A program made the position numbers and the translations under genes. A stretch of 64,000 bases of DNA from the human T2T-CHM13v2.0 reference genome, Homo sapiens. Shown in pieces: positions 48,682 to 63,335 of this stretch. Each line of letters starts with the position of its first letter. Position 1 is the stretch's first letter. Under the pieces are notes generated by a model that worked only from the letters and a program-made list of their open reading frames with translations, searched no databases and was not told the origin of the DNA. The stretch lies in assembly GCF_009914755.1 (NCBI RefSeq), contig NC_060931.1; one strand, written 5' to 3'.

Positions 48682-49807
48682 CTAAAAAAAAGTGTGTACA
48701 TACTTCCAATTTATGTGACAACAAGTCTTTTTTCTGTTTTTCATACAAAGGTTTCACCCTCGGGTCTTATTAGAAGCCATACTTAAGTTTCACTTGAACT
48801 CAAATCATTTTTGAATATGCTATTTTCTGAAATTTTAAAAATTGGACATTTTTACTACTTAAAACTATGCCATCACTAGCTTATTCCTACATCTTTTTTA
48901 GCACTAAATTCTTAGAGTCTATGTATAAAGTAGTACTGTGGCTTGGCTGTCTTATGTATTAGGCTATCTAACCTTCCAGATGAGATAGCTGAGTTCCCAC
49001 CAACTAAATAAGCTTATTGACTTGTGGTGTTTATTTTACCCCAATACTATTTCAAAAAAGACATAATAAATTCAATAACATAGAAATCAGGCTAACTATA
49101 ACCAATCACTGATACTGTAAACAGGGTTCAGACTTGGCTCTGAGTTTCCCAGCAGCCAGGGCAAAGAGCAGACACAGGAAACGTCACTCTGCTGTAAATA
49201 TCAGGAATGTTGGAAACAAATGAAGCTCTTGGGGAAGGTAAATTTTTCACTAATACAAAATTCTGAGGCTGGGAAAGAAGTTTGAACGGGCTGAAATGGA
49301 AGCAGCTCTCACTGCGCAGCTTGTACTCCCGTGCTGGTGGCCTGCCAGGTGCACTATTCAGGTTGGTAGCACAACTTGTAGAGAAACATACTAACAAAAT
49401 ATGGGTCTTTGCCATAAATAGTTGTATTTTCTTGTCCCAATTTTGGGTTTTTGCACTTAATTCTGACTAGAAGGCAACTGAATGCAAAAGTACTAGACTA
49501 GATGCAACTGAATCAGAAGTACTAGACTAGAATGCAATTCTAGAATTGAACTGAATTCTAGAATGCAGAAATCAACTGCATTCTAGTCGGAATTACTAGG
49601 AGGACCATGTGCTGCCCCAGCTGCATCCTCATGAAGCACATCCGGGAGCACATGGTGGGAAGGGCCATGTGAGAGACTTTAGTATGTGAACTGATTTATC
49701 CTCTGAACAAGCATCTTTGATTATCTGTTCTACTCCAGATACAACTCACAAGTGAATGAACCAGAACACACAAAAAGTATGTATGGAGATCAATAGAGTG
49801 TGGTTTA

Positions 49808-50925
<1,118 letters not shown>

Positions 50926-52318
50926 AAAATCAGTTAAAAATGAGTGGGTTACTTCTAAATGGCCCTTCAACAACTGGTTATCCAATGGAAGAAAGCGAAA
51001 TTGTATTTTAAAAATGTTATGCAAGAAAACCTCTAGAATCCGTATATAATCTAGGGTCTTGACCAAGACTAGATGCAACAGAAAATTATGTATGTTTGTT
51101 TATATAAACAGTAACTTTTACAAGAAAAAAGATGTCACACTTGCTGGTAGGCAAAGGATATTTTGTAGGGGAAAATTCTGAATAGTGTAAACTGCTAAAA
51201 ATTGAAAAATGGACAAAGGATATGAATACGCAATTCCTATGAAAGCAAATCCAAATGGCGGACATGAAAAGCTGCCTATTCAATTAAGGTAACATCAGTC
51301 TATATTTATCAGACCAACTAAACAAAAAAATAGTAACACCAGCTACAAATGGGAAACAAGAAAACAGTCTCACATGCTGCAGGAAGAAGTGTGCAGTAAG
51401 AGACTTTTTAGAAAACTGGCAATATCTATTTAAATGAAAAGTACACACGCTTTTACACAGAAACCTCACGTTTGGGAATATACCCCATAGGAGTGAAACT
51501 ATTAATTCATTGTGATATTTGTACAAGATATAGCAACACTGTTTGTTATGAGAAAAATTATAAATCAAATACACACTCATCAGTAATGCAATGGTTTAAC
51601 TGCAGTTCATCAACACTATGGAACATCAGGTAACCATTCAAAAGAATGAAATGAAGCTACGTCAGTTGATCGAGAGGGACCTCTGATTATTACAGAGAAA
51701 AGGAAGACGGAGAAAAATAAATATAACATGATTCCATTTTTATATATGTACATAAAAGTGTATATAGTTCTAAGATATTAGCACAGAAAAACAGGATACA
51801 TATTAGATCATCCACGGGATCCCCAGGGAGGTGGACAGATGGGAGGGTGGCAGGATGAAATAAGTAAAGAGACAGAAACCAGAGCTCTCAAAAATGCTTC
51901 AGGTTAAAGGTGACAGGTTGAACACAGTTAAGATACCCACTAAAATCACAGTAAAAGCACACTCCTCGAGAACACGAATGGGTATAAGAGTGAATGGACT
52001 ATTTAAAATGAAAAGTAATTGACTTAGCAGGGGAAAGCTAGAACTGGAAGGAGTAGAGGCAAAGCACTAATTCACCCACAGAATCCGAGAGAGGCTCAAC
52101 AGAGAGGGGCAACAGCAGAGAAAACACAGATACTCCACTCATAATGTAAAAACAAAATATCAAACAAGATCAAGAGCAGAAAGGGCTCGTAGCTAATCTC
52201 TAAAAATAGACAAGAAAGATTAGCAGATAAAGTAGAGGAAGTCTCAGAAAGAACAGAGAGACAAGGAAACAAAGAACAGAAGGGGAGAAAGGATATAAGA
52301 CAGAAATTACTCTCTGAC

Positions 52319-52455
52319 ATGCATGAGAATCATCCAGGAGGCCCCACCTCCAGAGCTGGATTCAGTGAGGCTGGGCTGGGGCCCCCGAACCTGCACATCC
52401 TAACAAGCTCCCAGGTGACACTGCTGCTTCTAGTCTCAGGTCCACACTGTGAGAT
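52319..52455. mobile_element. MER5A fragment
   Basis: ggattcagtgaggctgggctggggcccccgaacctgcacatcctaacaagctcccaggtga. Confidence 0.7.
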
Positions 52456-53602
52456 CCTGAATCTCAGGGGTTTTAGTGCAAACACAGAGGAAACAGAGGG
52501 GCAGAACTTGCAAAAGAATGAATACAAAACACATTTCTCAGACGGAAGGTCACGATGCTCCAGGTTGAAAGGGCTCATCAAGGGAGGAAAGCAATCAACA
52601 AAAAGACCTCCACTGAGGTGTAGTTCTGTGAAATGTCCAAATATCAATAAAGAGAAGATCCTACAAACTTCTAGTGAGGAGTAAAAGGGTTCCAACAAAG
52701 GAACAAGAATCTGAATGAGTATAGACAAAGGAACGCTGATCCAGTTTATAGGGTAAAGATACTTTGCTGGCTGCTGAGAGGGAACTGGATGGGAGGAGAC
52801 AGCCAGGCCTGCAGTGGTACAGGCAAGTGATATGTGGCTCAAGATAGGGCTGGTAAACCTAAGAGTGGATCTGAGAGAATTTTTAGGAGAAAACAGAACT
52901 CGATGATGCTTTAGGTTTAATCTGGCAGTACTGAGGCCAATGTACACAAACGGTAACATCACTCAGCAAGGAGCTTGTAGGATGGCGGGGTTTAGGAGCT
53001 GGACAAGTTTGACAAAGTAAGAGCTTTGTAATTCCATTCTGAGACATCCAAGGAGAAAAATGCTGAACAGGCATTTGGATATTTGGGTCTGCAGCTCAGG
53101 AAGTATGGACTATAGGTGTAAACTTAAATGCTTAGCCTATACACGGCCTTACTTGTAAGATAGTCCACAGTCTACCAAAAAACATGCACTGATTTCATGA
53201 AACGGTAGCTTCCAAAAGATAAGGTAACTTCCAAAATTGGTGTACCTTTGGAAAATATTTTCATTTGTATTTCTCTCAAGTGCTTGAAACAGCTCTACTG
53301 AGCACTCCACAAATCCAGTGTGTGCAAATTACAATGCTACCTGCCTCCCAGGAGCTCTCAACAAGATGCAAAGATGTGGATTCCACTGGTCTGCTTTCCC
53401 TTTGGGGAAGCCAATCACCAAGTCCCAAGACTACATATTAAATCCCTAGTGTTACCAAGGGACAGGATTTGATACGATTTTGAAAACACGTTTCTGTCCC
53501 TGCAGCTATGTGAAATCATTTTCACATACTGGACATCAATAGCTTCAGATTGCTAGACTCCACCCTGTCTCTCCACTTCCTGTACACAAAGTATTTCTTC
53601 AC

Positions 53603-53771
53603 CTGAATCCGAGACCGTGCCAGATACACATTGGATTTCCATTCAGTTTTCATCTTCCGGTACTGCGATGACTTGGAGTGAACAAACTGTTTACTATAAG
53701 GTGCGTTCAGTTCTCCAGTGACTGTGCTCTGAAATGACTTTGAGGTGCTGGTGCTGTTTAAGGTGTGAGGC
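53603..53771 (-). CDS. KMT2C: KMT2C exon (55): activation segment and SET-N
   Basis: PHTLNSTSTSKSFQSTVTGELNAPYSKQFVHSKSSQYRKMKTEWKSNVYLARSRIQ; 169 nt. Confidence 0.96.
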
Positions 53772-54042
53772 CTGCAGACAATGGCATATCAACAGGAAAA
53801 AAATACAAGGAAAACTGAAGATACCTCTGAGTAATGCCCAAAACCAGGTTAATTCAGATTCTTACTGACAGAAACATACATGGAAAGCTGCCTAGCAGAG
53901 ACACACGGCGAGTTCTCTTATGTAGTTGGGCACATACACAGCCAGACAGCAGGGTTTGTAAGCAGCAGACAAATCAAGCACAGGAAACCACTAATACGCC
54001 TAGAAACCCTGGGCTGTACTATGTGAAGTTAAAACAAAATAC

Positions 54043-54185
54043 CTTAACACAAACCTCTTGACATGGGCACTCATTTTAGGTTCAGAACGGGCACAACCTG
54101 TGGGGTTAACGGCAAGAGGAAGTTCCATGAGAGGATTTCGGCCGTATCGGAAGGTATAATTTTCACATGCCTCAACCCCAGGAAG
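54043..54185 (-). CDS. KMT2C: KMT2C exon (54): FYRC end and WDR5-interacting (Win) motif
   Basis: LPGVEACENYTFRYGRNPLMELPLAVNPTGCARSEPKMSAHVKRFVL; Win motif CARSE at 54081-54095. Confidence 0.95.
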
Positions 54186-55063
54186 CTGAAAAGAAGCAAA
54201 GCAGACACAAAGTCACCCCATCTGATGGAGACTACAGACAATCTCAAGCTGGTCAAAGGATGGCCCACGACAGAAATAACTCATCAGCGTTTTCCCCGAT
54301 AATAAAATGGTCTTCTAGCTTATGTTAACACTATTGGCCTGCAGGTAGATCTACTTAAATATGAGTATGCAAATTCAGTTTCAAAGCCAAACTTAGGTAA
54401 ACCCTGCCAAATGCTCCTTGAAGAAAAAGATTAGCCCATGCAACAAACACTGGCTGACCAATATACACGCTTGTGTGATTTCAGGGCCTGACTGAAACAC
54501 ACAATACCCACAAACACAGGGCATGTAATGATTCGCATTGAGTTCTTTCCCCTGTATTAATGCCAACTTTTATATCTCTGTCTGGAATTTTACAATTAAA
54601 AACAGTTAAAAAATCATCTATATGGTTTCTTTCTTGATCGTTTCTCACTCCTTTCAATTTGACTCTGATGTGATGAGGTTATCGCTCTCCATGTCCTGGG
54701 AGCATAAAGCATAGGTGTTAACTCAAGCTTTACTCAAAGTCATTTACATGTTAAAGGTCTTTTCTGGAATACATTGCTTGTGAAATTTATTTCTCTGTAG
54801 TCATAAAAGATAAGTATCATTTAGGCAGGGCGATTCCAAAGAAAACAATTAGGCACATTACTCAGTGGCTTTTGGGGTTTCCTCTGCCTGTCCAAAGAAA
54901 ACACACCAATGATATTTTTATTCTTGAAAACAATGCCTTAGAATCATACAATTTTCTAAAACTATTGTGTAGATATGGTTCAGTTAGACTCACTGACAAA
55001 CAGGCTTGTAATCTTTTAAGCAAAGAAATGTCAAGAGAGGACAGAAATCAGTGCTGCTGCGAT

Positions 55064-55082
55064 CTACTGCCCTCTAGTGACT
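55064..55082 (-). promoter_or_regulatory. Candidate CTCF site in a KMT2C intron
   Basis: Minus strand AGTCACTAGAGGGCAGTAG fits the CTCF core CCAC/TAGRGGGCRS. Confidence 0.5.
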
Positions 55083-55488
55083 TCATCCTAGGAAGAGGGC
55101 AGGAGAGTGGCCATAAATACCCAAGTGTCAGGAAATGGGCACACTGACATTCTGAGGTGGGAGAAACTTCAGAAAGGCAAGGGAAGAGGAGAGTGTCCTC
55201 ACCCATCCAGCACACCCAGAAGATGTGACAAGCCTGGTGTCCTTCACCCCTGCTTGCCTCCAGCCTGGAAGAGAACCTGAAGTTGGTTAACTACCTCAAC
55301 TGGGTGAATACCAACACGGCTGAGCTCTCCCGATTAATCACCAATGCCTTATTCCTCTAAGAGAAACGGGTTAATGCACAGGCTCAGTCACTTTCTGAAG
55401 AGTGCCACAAATGTTACAGCATGTGTTCAAGTGGTCACACTGAATCAGGAAAGCAATTCCAATCTCAAAGCCTGACCAAGACACTCAC

Positions 55489-55625
55489 TGATTCCGCTAT
55501 GCGTGCCACTGCAGAGACGGTCAGGCCAAACAGATCCTCTCCTTTTAAATACGCTGGGAAAAGCTGGAGCATTTCAGACTTTTTTCTCACACATGCCACA
55601 GGCTCCAAAATCTTATCCCAGACAC
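55489..55625 (-). CDS. KMT2C: KMT2C exon (53): FYRC
   Basis: VWDKILEPVACVRKKSEMLQLFPAYLKGEDLFGLTVSAVARIAES; 137 nt; |gtgagt. Confidence 0.96.
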
Positions 55626-56275
55626 CTACACAGGGACAAAAACATAATTTTTATAGGAAATAGGATACAGTATAAAAAACAAGAGCAAAATGAAGAATAA
55701 CCACTCACAAGGATTTACTAATTTCCAAATAAATCCTGTTGGGCAATAATCTAATAAATCTGTTTGGTAATAATCTAATGAACCTGTTTATTAAATGGCA
55801 GCAATTTTTTTTAAAGACCTAAATTTTGGGGAAAATAATAGATTAAGGACATTAAAGTGAAAAAACTTAATGTAACTGAAATTCATGCAAACAGTTCATT
55901 TACTTTCATAGTGGCCATATAACATACCAGATTTTAAAATGATTAGTCTAATTGGTAATGTCTATAGCTATGTTCCTTTCCCCTCAGATTTAAATTAAAA
56001 TGTTAAATTGATATTTTCTTTGGAATTATCTTTAGAGTATTTTCAGACTTTTTTTTTTTAAGTGCTAAACTTAAGAAAGCAGCTCCACATACTTTTGTTT
56101 GTGTACTTTCTACATAAGCAAAAGTGACAATCTAGACTTAACCATGGAGGTCCAAACTAAGTGTTTAATTTCCATCTCTAAACTTACGTAATATCTGATG
56201 TTCCTATACATTGTCTTATGACAATGTATACAGTATGATTTAGATGTCATTCCTGCCTTCTAGAAACTGACTTTA

Positions 56276-56678
<403 letters not shown>

Positions 56679-56922
56679 TCATTCTCGGATTTACCTCACC
56701 AACTCGTATGTTCAAAGATATATTGATTATGAAAGTGTTTAGACAACTGTATAGCAAAGAGAGCAAGGTGTGAGAACACAAACATTGGCATTTGTAAATG
56801 AAAAATACACATTATAAAATATAAAACTAACATGAGACAAACATGGAAAATTGACAAAATACATTCATTAGCCTGACATCAGAGTAAGTAGCACTGCACA
56901 GCATGTGAACGGCAGACGTTAC

Positions 56923-58042
56923 CTTTAGGTGAGATGTCACTTAGAACCAGGTCTTCATGGCCTTGTTCCACAATCCTGATGACAAACACTGGGCGCCCAT
57001 CCTTCTCCTCAATGGAGCACAGGTAGCGGCAGCGCCTATTGGCATAGCGAGTGCTCCAGTACAGCCGGCTGGCTTCATAGCCCACAGGGAAGAGTGCTTT
57101 AGGAGAATGGAATGCTTGCATCTGCTGTGGAAGCAGCTGACCAATTGTGTGGAAGATGAGGCTACCCACGCGAAAGGTATGGTCCCGTTCTCCTCGTTGC
57201 ACGATGCTAGCAATCTGTCGCACCTCATCACGCTGAACATAGACCCTCCTGAAGACTGCAAAGTAACTTAATTCTTGCTCATGAATTCCCTTTGGTTTGT
57301 GCATGGGGCAAAGCATAGTTTTGTCCTTAAAAAACATGCATTGTGCTTTAATGGCGCAAGTGAAGTGATAAATGTTGGTGCATCGAAATCTGTGGCATCC
57401 ACTAGTGGCACCCGTCTTGTGACAGAAGACACATTTCATTTGTAGGCCTCTCCTCAGAGCTAGCTCCACATTTATTAAGGCACCAGCCTGAGTCTCATAG
57501 ACCTCCGTGGACCACAGAGCGCAGTTCAAGTGGACCCACAGATCCAAGTCAAGGTTGAGTAGCCTTGCTGGTCCATCTGTCAATCCATCACCTTCTTCAT
57601 GACAAAAGCAACATTTCCGATAGTCTTTGGGCACAGGATCAGGTTTAAGGGAAGTGCCCAATTTCTTTAGAAATTCATCTATTTCATCCTCACAAGGTGG
57701 TTTAAATGTCCCCTTAGGGATTACAATATGAATGCTCCACTTCTTCCATTTCATTCCTCTCCATTTTTTATTGAGCGGCCTGCAATCTTCAAACCCACCA
57801 TGGACAGCTCTTAGCCGAGGCTTCAGCTTGACTGTCACCTTCAGCTCATCTGGCTTGGCCTCGACTTGGGCTGCTTCAAAAGCAGGAGGGAAGGCGATGG
57901 GTGGTGAGGCAGGGGGAGAAGCTTTCTCTGGGAGCTGGGGGAGACAGTGCACATCCAAAGTGGAGATGTTGTTGCTGTACTGATGAAATGCTTTGGAAGG
58001 CGTTTCTCTCATAGGTGATTGTGGCAATGAAGGAATGGATTC
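56923..58042 (-). CDS. KMT2C: KMT2C exon (52): extended PHD finger and FYRN
   Basis: Inside the 406-aa ORF: RKCCFCHEEGDG...WVHLNCALWS...CVFCHKTGA...YHFTCA...LCPMH, then FYRN (GSLIFHTIGQLL...ASRLYWS); 1120 nt. Confidence 0.97.
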
Positions 58043-59226
58043 CTGGGCAACATAAAGAAACCATGACAAAGAAAAATAATTCACAAGCCCGGAAAGCAAT
58101 TCTTGTTAAGACAAGAAGCTGAGCAGTATGACTGAAGAGGATGGGTGACCTGAGGGGCAGAGGGAGAGTCAGCAGTAAGTGCTGGGGGCTCATGCACCGC
58201 AGAAGCTGACCATGCTCTAAGGTGCACAGGGATAGAGAGCGGGTGATGGCAGCTGTGCCGCGTCCTTTCGAGGCCTTTTCCACAAAGCCATAATTCTGGA
58301 GAATATTCTGCTCTTACACTTTCTGGGACAATCCCCTTTCTAACTATATTAAAACCAGAAAAAGAAAAAACACACACACACTCACAATGCTGTCAGAAGA
58401 GCTAATATAATTTGTACAATGGAACAGTGTTTTTTGTTTAACCAAATAAGAACGCTGCAGCATCGTTTCTTGAGAGCTTATCTCCACTCTAAAATTCACA
58501 TCTGTTAATCTCAGCCTTAATCAATTGGTGTAAATGTTACAGAAAGGGAAGGAGCCCCTGTCAACAAATGAATCATACTAACTTTTCTCTGAGGCTTCTC
58601 AGCTCTGATCCGGCTGCTGAAACAGTTGAGCTGAGGGGAAATCTCCAATAGCTTATTTACTTTATGGTACAGAGTATCATAAACTAATAAACACCAACCC
58701 ACAGGCTGCCCTCTTTTCACATGCCCCAATCCTGACAAGGTATCTGAAAAAAGACATGCCTTATACCAAATCAGGCAGGGACTGCACACCAACTTAAACT
58801 ATCTGGTGAAAAAAAAAATCCTTCTTGCATTTAGGCTGATGTATTTTAAGATCTAAATTTATTTGTCATCTAGCCTAGATTTTATTACAGGCATACTACA
58901 AACAACTACCTGTTAAAAATAAGTCTTCAGAATGTTCTTCTGTGAAAGACATACCAGAGCAATAACCTGGATGGAGGAATGACTGGCAGTATTACTGTAC
59001 AGGAAAAGCTTCCTTCAAAACATGATTATAAACATATCATTTGTATCAACCATTAGTTGGACACACTCAAATTACATAAAATCAAGTAAAGCAGACCTCT
59101 TTCACCATACTGTGAGCAAAGTGTTTTCTCTTAAAATGCACAAATAGTCTTAAATTTTATCTTTAAACAGGTTTTCCTATTGGGGTAACATCAATAAAAA
59201 TGATTTTAAAATATTAAGATATTTAC

Positions 59227-59513
59227 GGCCGGGCGCAGTGGCTCACACCTGTAATCCCAGCACTTTGAGAGGCTGAGGTGGGCGGATCACGAGGTCAGGA
59301 GTTTGAGACCAGCCTGGCCAACATGGTGAAACCCCATCTCTACTAAACTACAAAAATTAGCTGGGCGTGGTGGCACGCACCTGTAATCCCAGCTACTCAG
59401 GAGGCTAAGGCAGGAGAATTGCTTGAATTGGGAGGCAGAGTCTGCAGTGAGCCAAGAGGTGCCAATGCCCTTCAGCCTGTGGGACCAGAATGAGACTCCA
59501 TCTCAAAAAAAAA
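59227..59513 (+). mobile_element. AluS
   Basis: Full dimer. Confidence 0.88.
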
Positions 59514-59789
59514 TTAAACTGGTAAAATTAAAGATTTTAATATTAGTGTTCTGTTTACTGAACTTTTAAAACATAACTCTGCCCACTTCTGTCAAATAAC
59601 TAAGTTGAAAGAGTAGCACGACTCAAGGCTCCCTACACCCTCTCCTCCTCTGCCGGGTCAGCACCTGCTTTGGATTCCCCACACAGAGCTCCATGAAGGC
59701 AGGGACACATCTTTATTCACTCCCATATGCCCAGAACACAGAAGTCACTCGTTACACATTGTTATCAGCTGAGATTATCCTAATCTCAC

Positions 59790-59897
59790 CTTGTTTTCTG
59801 AGTTTTTCGCTTGTGCAGTTGATGAATAAAGAATAAAGCAGTTATTACTACAGAAGACAATGTCCTTCTCTACCCTCTTGGTGCTTTCTCGGGAATC
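59790..59897 (-). CDS. KMT2C: KMT2C exon (51)
   Basis: DSRESTKRVEKDIVFCSNNCFILYSSTAQAKNSENK; ttttcag| and |gtgaga; 108 nt. Confidence 0.93.
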
Positions 59898-60331
59898 CTG
59901 AAAAGCAAAGAGAAATGTGTGGGAATCTCAACAAGTCAAAATTTAATAAAAACAGGATCTATACATTATTTTTATGTTATATTCAAAAGTGACAGTGGTT
60001 CTTTATCTTAATAGTAGAAAGGAAACTATGTTCCAATATTTAGCATGTGATAATTTAGCTAGGGAAAAAATACATGTATAAAACCAAACTATGTGGTCCA
60101 CGGTTCACTCTATTTAAAAATACGTAGTCCTCATAATATTCCCTTTAACAGCCTGTTGTAGCTCTTTGGTGTTCAGCCCAAGCACATCTGATATACGCTG
60201 GTGCCATCACCAGGAACATGTGTCCATCACACCACCATAAGTGGTGTCTCTCTCTGATGTTGGAAGAGACACTGCCAAGGACATTTTCGCTGGAGGTAGG
60301 AGGTGGGGTCATAAAAGGAGTAGCAAAGTAC

Positions 60332-60471
60332 CTTGTTCAAAAGGGTCAGATCTTTGAAAGATTTCCGCACACCACTTCCAAGAATAACCACTTTACAATG
60401 ACAACACCACTGTGGTCTGAGTGCTGCGCTTTCTGCAATACCATGACTAGAATCCTTATATCCAGAAAGAC
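60332..60471 (-). CDS. KMT2C: KMT2C exon (50)
   Basis: LSGYKDSSHGIAESAALRPQWCCHCKVVILGSGVRKSFKDLTLLNK; 140 nt. Confidence 0.93.
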
Positions 60472-61594
60472 CTAAAGGCAATCAACTTTTGTTAGTAATT
60501 AAAACTGACTGATGACACAAGGTGGCACATGGTGAAAAATTATGCAGTATCAACTCATTACAACATGGTTCATTAACATTATTCTTTAATTAATAAAAAA
60601 AATTTATCTTCTAAGCAATGGTTACAGAGTCGATTATCTGACACTAGGGCAAAAATAAAGAAACATGCCTATTCTCAAATAGCTGGGAAAGCAATGGCAG
60701 TATAAAAGAAGAATCTAATAAAACTAAGTCACCAAGAGAGATTACTATTCAGTCTAAGTACAAAGTAAGACAGAGAGGGAAACAGATATTACTTTTGCTT
60801 GCAGGTTAAGATGGTAAAAAAACATTTTATGAAAGATACAATGACATATGTATAAGAGTCTTAAATAAGTGTGACTTGCAGAGTCAGAAATGAGGAAAGA
60901 GCCAAGGCCAAGGATAAGAAGGTAAATAAGGACTCAGGAATTAGAAAGCATCATTCAGGTGCAGTGTGAAGGCAAAAAGGAGCAGGGAAAAAGTGACAGA
61001 ACAGCTAGAAGCCAAGAGGAGGAAGCCAGGGCCTGGACTGAGCACGCCTGTAAGATTGCCAGTGAGGCAGGAAGGAAAGCGACATCATGGTCGGTCTAAG
61101 GAAGTTGTTCCATTCTCAGAGATGGGGGGCATGAACACCTCTGTGGGAAGAGAAGGGCCCTATAGAGCTGGTGCAGAGGTAAAACAAGAGGTAGGTGAGG
61201 ATGGAAAGCAGAGGAGAACAGGAAACAGAACCCACGTCAGGTCACCAGCCCCATCTGTACCAGGTGGCCCAGGTGCAGCGGGATGGGGGTTGGGAGACAG
61301 GAAGAACAAAAGCTGCTCAAGGGCAAGCCCGTCACAGGCTTCTTCTGGCAGCCTGCACAGATGGCTGGCACTCACATAGCCCCTGGTGACAGCATGACAG
61401 AATACACAGGCCAAAGCACTAGAGGTCAAAATCACAGCACAGAAAACAGAACACCCACACATGGTAAGTTCACCAAGGACTATACGCCAGCATGTTACCT
61501 GTCCGTTGTTAAAAGATAATCAGTATCTCAAAGAGTAAGCTTAACTTTTGAATCAGGAATGGATTTGGGGTTAACAAAAAGCTCACTAGCTCAC

Positions 61595-61844
61595 CATTGC
61601 TTGTTGGAGGAAATGGTACATTAGGCTGCTTCAGCCGGTAAGAGCTCACTAATCTGGGAGGGTTTGCAGATCCTGGCGGAGGCCCACGGAGAAGTAAATG
61701 CTGTCGATACTCCAAACCCGGGTTGATTCTGTGGCTACTGACCAAACCCATGGATGGGACATCTGGAGCACTGCTAACCTCATAGCTGTTAGGGATTCGG
61801 ACGTGAAGAAGGTCGGAAAATGCAGCCACAACACTGCTAATGTT
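61595..61844 (-). CDS. KMT2C: KMT2C exon (49)
   Basis: NISSVVAAFSDLLHVRIPNSYEV...PNVPFPPTSN; ttttag| and |gtgagc; 250 nt. Confidence 0.94.
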
Positions 61845-62472
61845 CTAAAACCAAATGCAAATGCTGTATTATTCACCCAGAAGGCAACAGTGAACCACTG
61901 AAGAAAAATACACACTTAGGATAAATCCTCTTTGCATGATACATAGATTCTAAGAAAATCCAACAAATTTTATTTAGACTTAAAGAACCTCAGGAAAAAA
62001 ATTAGCTCTAACGAACTAATATCCAAAAAAAGAAATTTATAAACAGAAATCCTCATAAAGGGATTCCAATTAACATTAAATATCTAGTAACACATTAAAC
62101 TATTTTAGATATTGTAACATCTGACAGACCCCGTCAGTTCCTACAGGTGGTCAGAAAGCTTACTTCCAGGGGCTTCCCTCCAGCTCTGACACAACCCGTA
62201 AGAACAGACAAAGGTCTTGCTACTGCTGTATTTTGTTGATAACCAAAATATCACATCATTGGACTTCTAGTTTGGTCTCTACTGAAATGTCTTCACAGAA
62301 TTCAGAGTTAAAAAAATAAAAAATCCTCAGGAAATTACTTATGTTTGATATAAGCAGATGCTACTTGAAGAACATTTCTATTGCTTCTGCAAAACTATTA
62401 CTGTTGATAAAGTTCTTTTTCATTGCTTAATTTTCTTCTCTGTTAACAGTTACAAAGAAGTTTTTTCTGAGA

Positions 62473-62640
62473 TGGACATGATGGCTCACACATGTAGTCC
62501 CAGCTACTGAGGAGGCTAAAGCAGAAGGATTACTTGAGCCCAGTAAGTTTGAGGCTGCAGTGAGCTATGACTGTGCCACTGCACTCCAGCCTGGGCAACA
62601 GAAGGAGACTGTGTCTCTATTAAAAAAAAAAAAAAAAAAA
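62473..62640 (+). mobile_element. Alu right-arm monomer (FRAM/AluJ-like)
   Basis: Single arm with poly(A) tail. Confidence 0.75.
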
Positions 62641-62899
62641 GAGTTCTCTAAAGTATACATCCTTTAATAAGAAAATGTGAGCTCTAATTTCCCTTTTTAC
62701 TTGACGTAGGCTGAGACCAATTCAATGACAAACGATGGCACTCAAAGGCAGCTGAGAGGTCTGCAGTGAGCATCAGCTCTGCTCTCTGACCCTTTATCCT
62801 CAGTGATCCTGTTTGTGTGTGTTTTATGGTAGACACCTGACCCATCTTTGAAAATTGGGGACATACTGTTTAACATTAAGAAGTCATTTAATCTTTTAC

Positions 62900-63036
62900 C
62901 TCAGCAGCTGTAGGATGCAGAGTAATTGCTACAGATATAAGACCTGATCTGGGACCATTTGGGGAAGGACCAAAAGGTGACGCAAAATATAAAGTGCCTG
63001 GCTCAGTTTTGATGTCATTCCTTCTTGATTCTGAAC
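62900..63036 (-). CDS. KMT2C: KMT2C exon (48)
   Basis: SESRRNDIKTEPGTLYFASPFGPSPNGPRSGLISVAITLHPTAAE; 137 nt; preceded by a 120-nt intron; phases fit. Confidence 0.93.
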
Positions 63037-63156
63037 CTTTAAAAAGAGAGAAAAAAAAGAGGAAAATAGTGTTAATGGATTTTCAAAATCAAAATATTTA
63101 CATTAGTAAATTGGCGTAGTGTAAAGGGAAATAATAAGGTTAAGTGTTGTTCTTAC

Positions 63157-63335
63157 TTTTCCCAGCAGTGCTAGGAAGAATTGGAATGATGGGGGACGGC
63201 ACCGGTTCTGGAGGCTCCTCCTTGACCAATGACAGATCTGGATACCTGCTCACTTCTACCCCAACCACACTCTCAGGAGAGGATGAGGGAACAAAACTGT
63301 CAGGAGTATCTCGATCACCACAGTGATCCTGTATC
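63157..63335 (-). CDS. KMT2C: KMT2C exon (47 by recall)
   Basis: IQDHCGDRDTPDSFVPSSSPESVVGVEVSRYPDLSLVKEEPPEPVPSPIIPILPSTAGK; AG/GT boundaries; 179 nt. Confidence 0.94.

Noticed and set aside
52330-52962. 210-aa minus-strand ORF in a KMT2C intron
   Set aside because: Overlaps MER5A and L1/L2-like relics, and the flanking exons already join in phase
56879-58099. 406-aa ORF as a standalone gene
   Set aside because: It is one internal KMT2C exon (56923-58042) with in-frame intronic extensions
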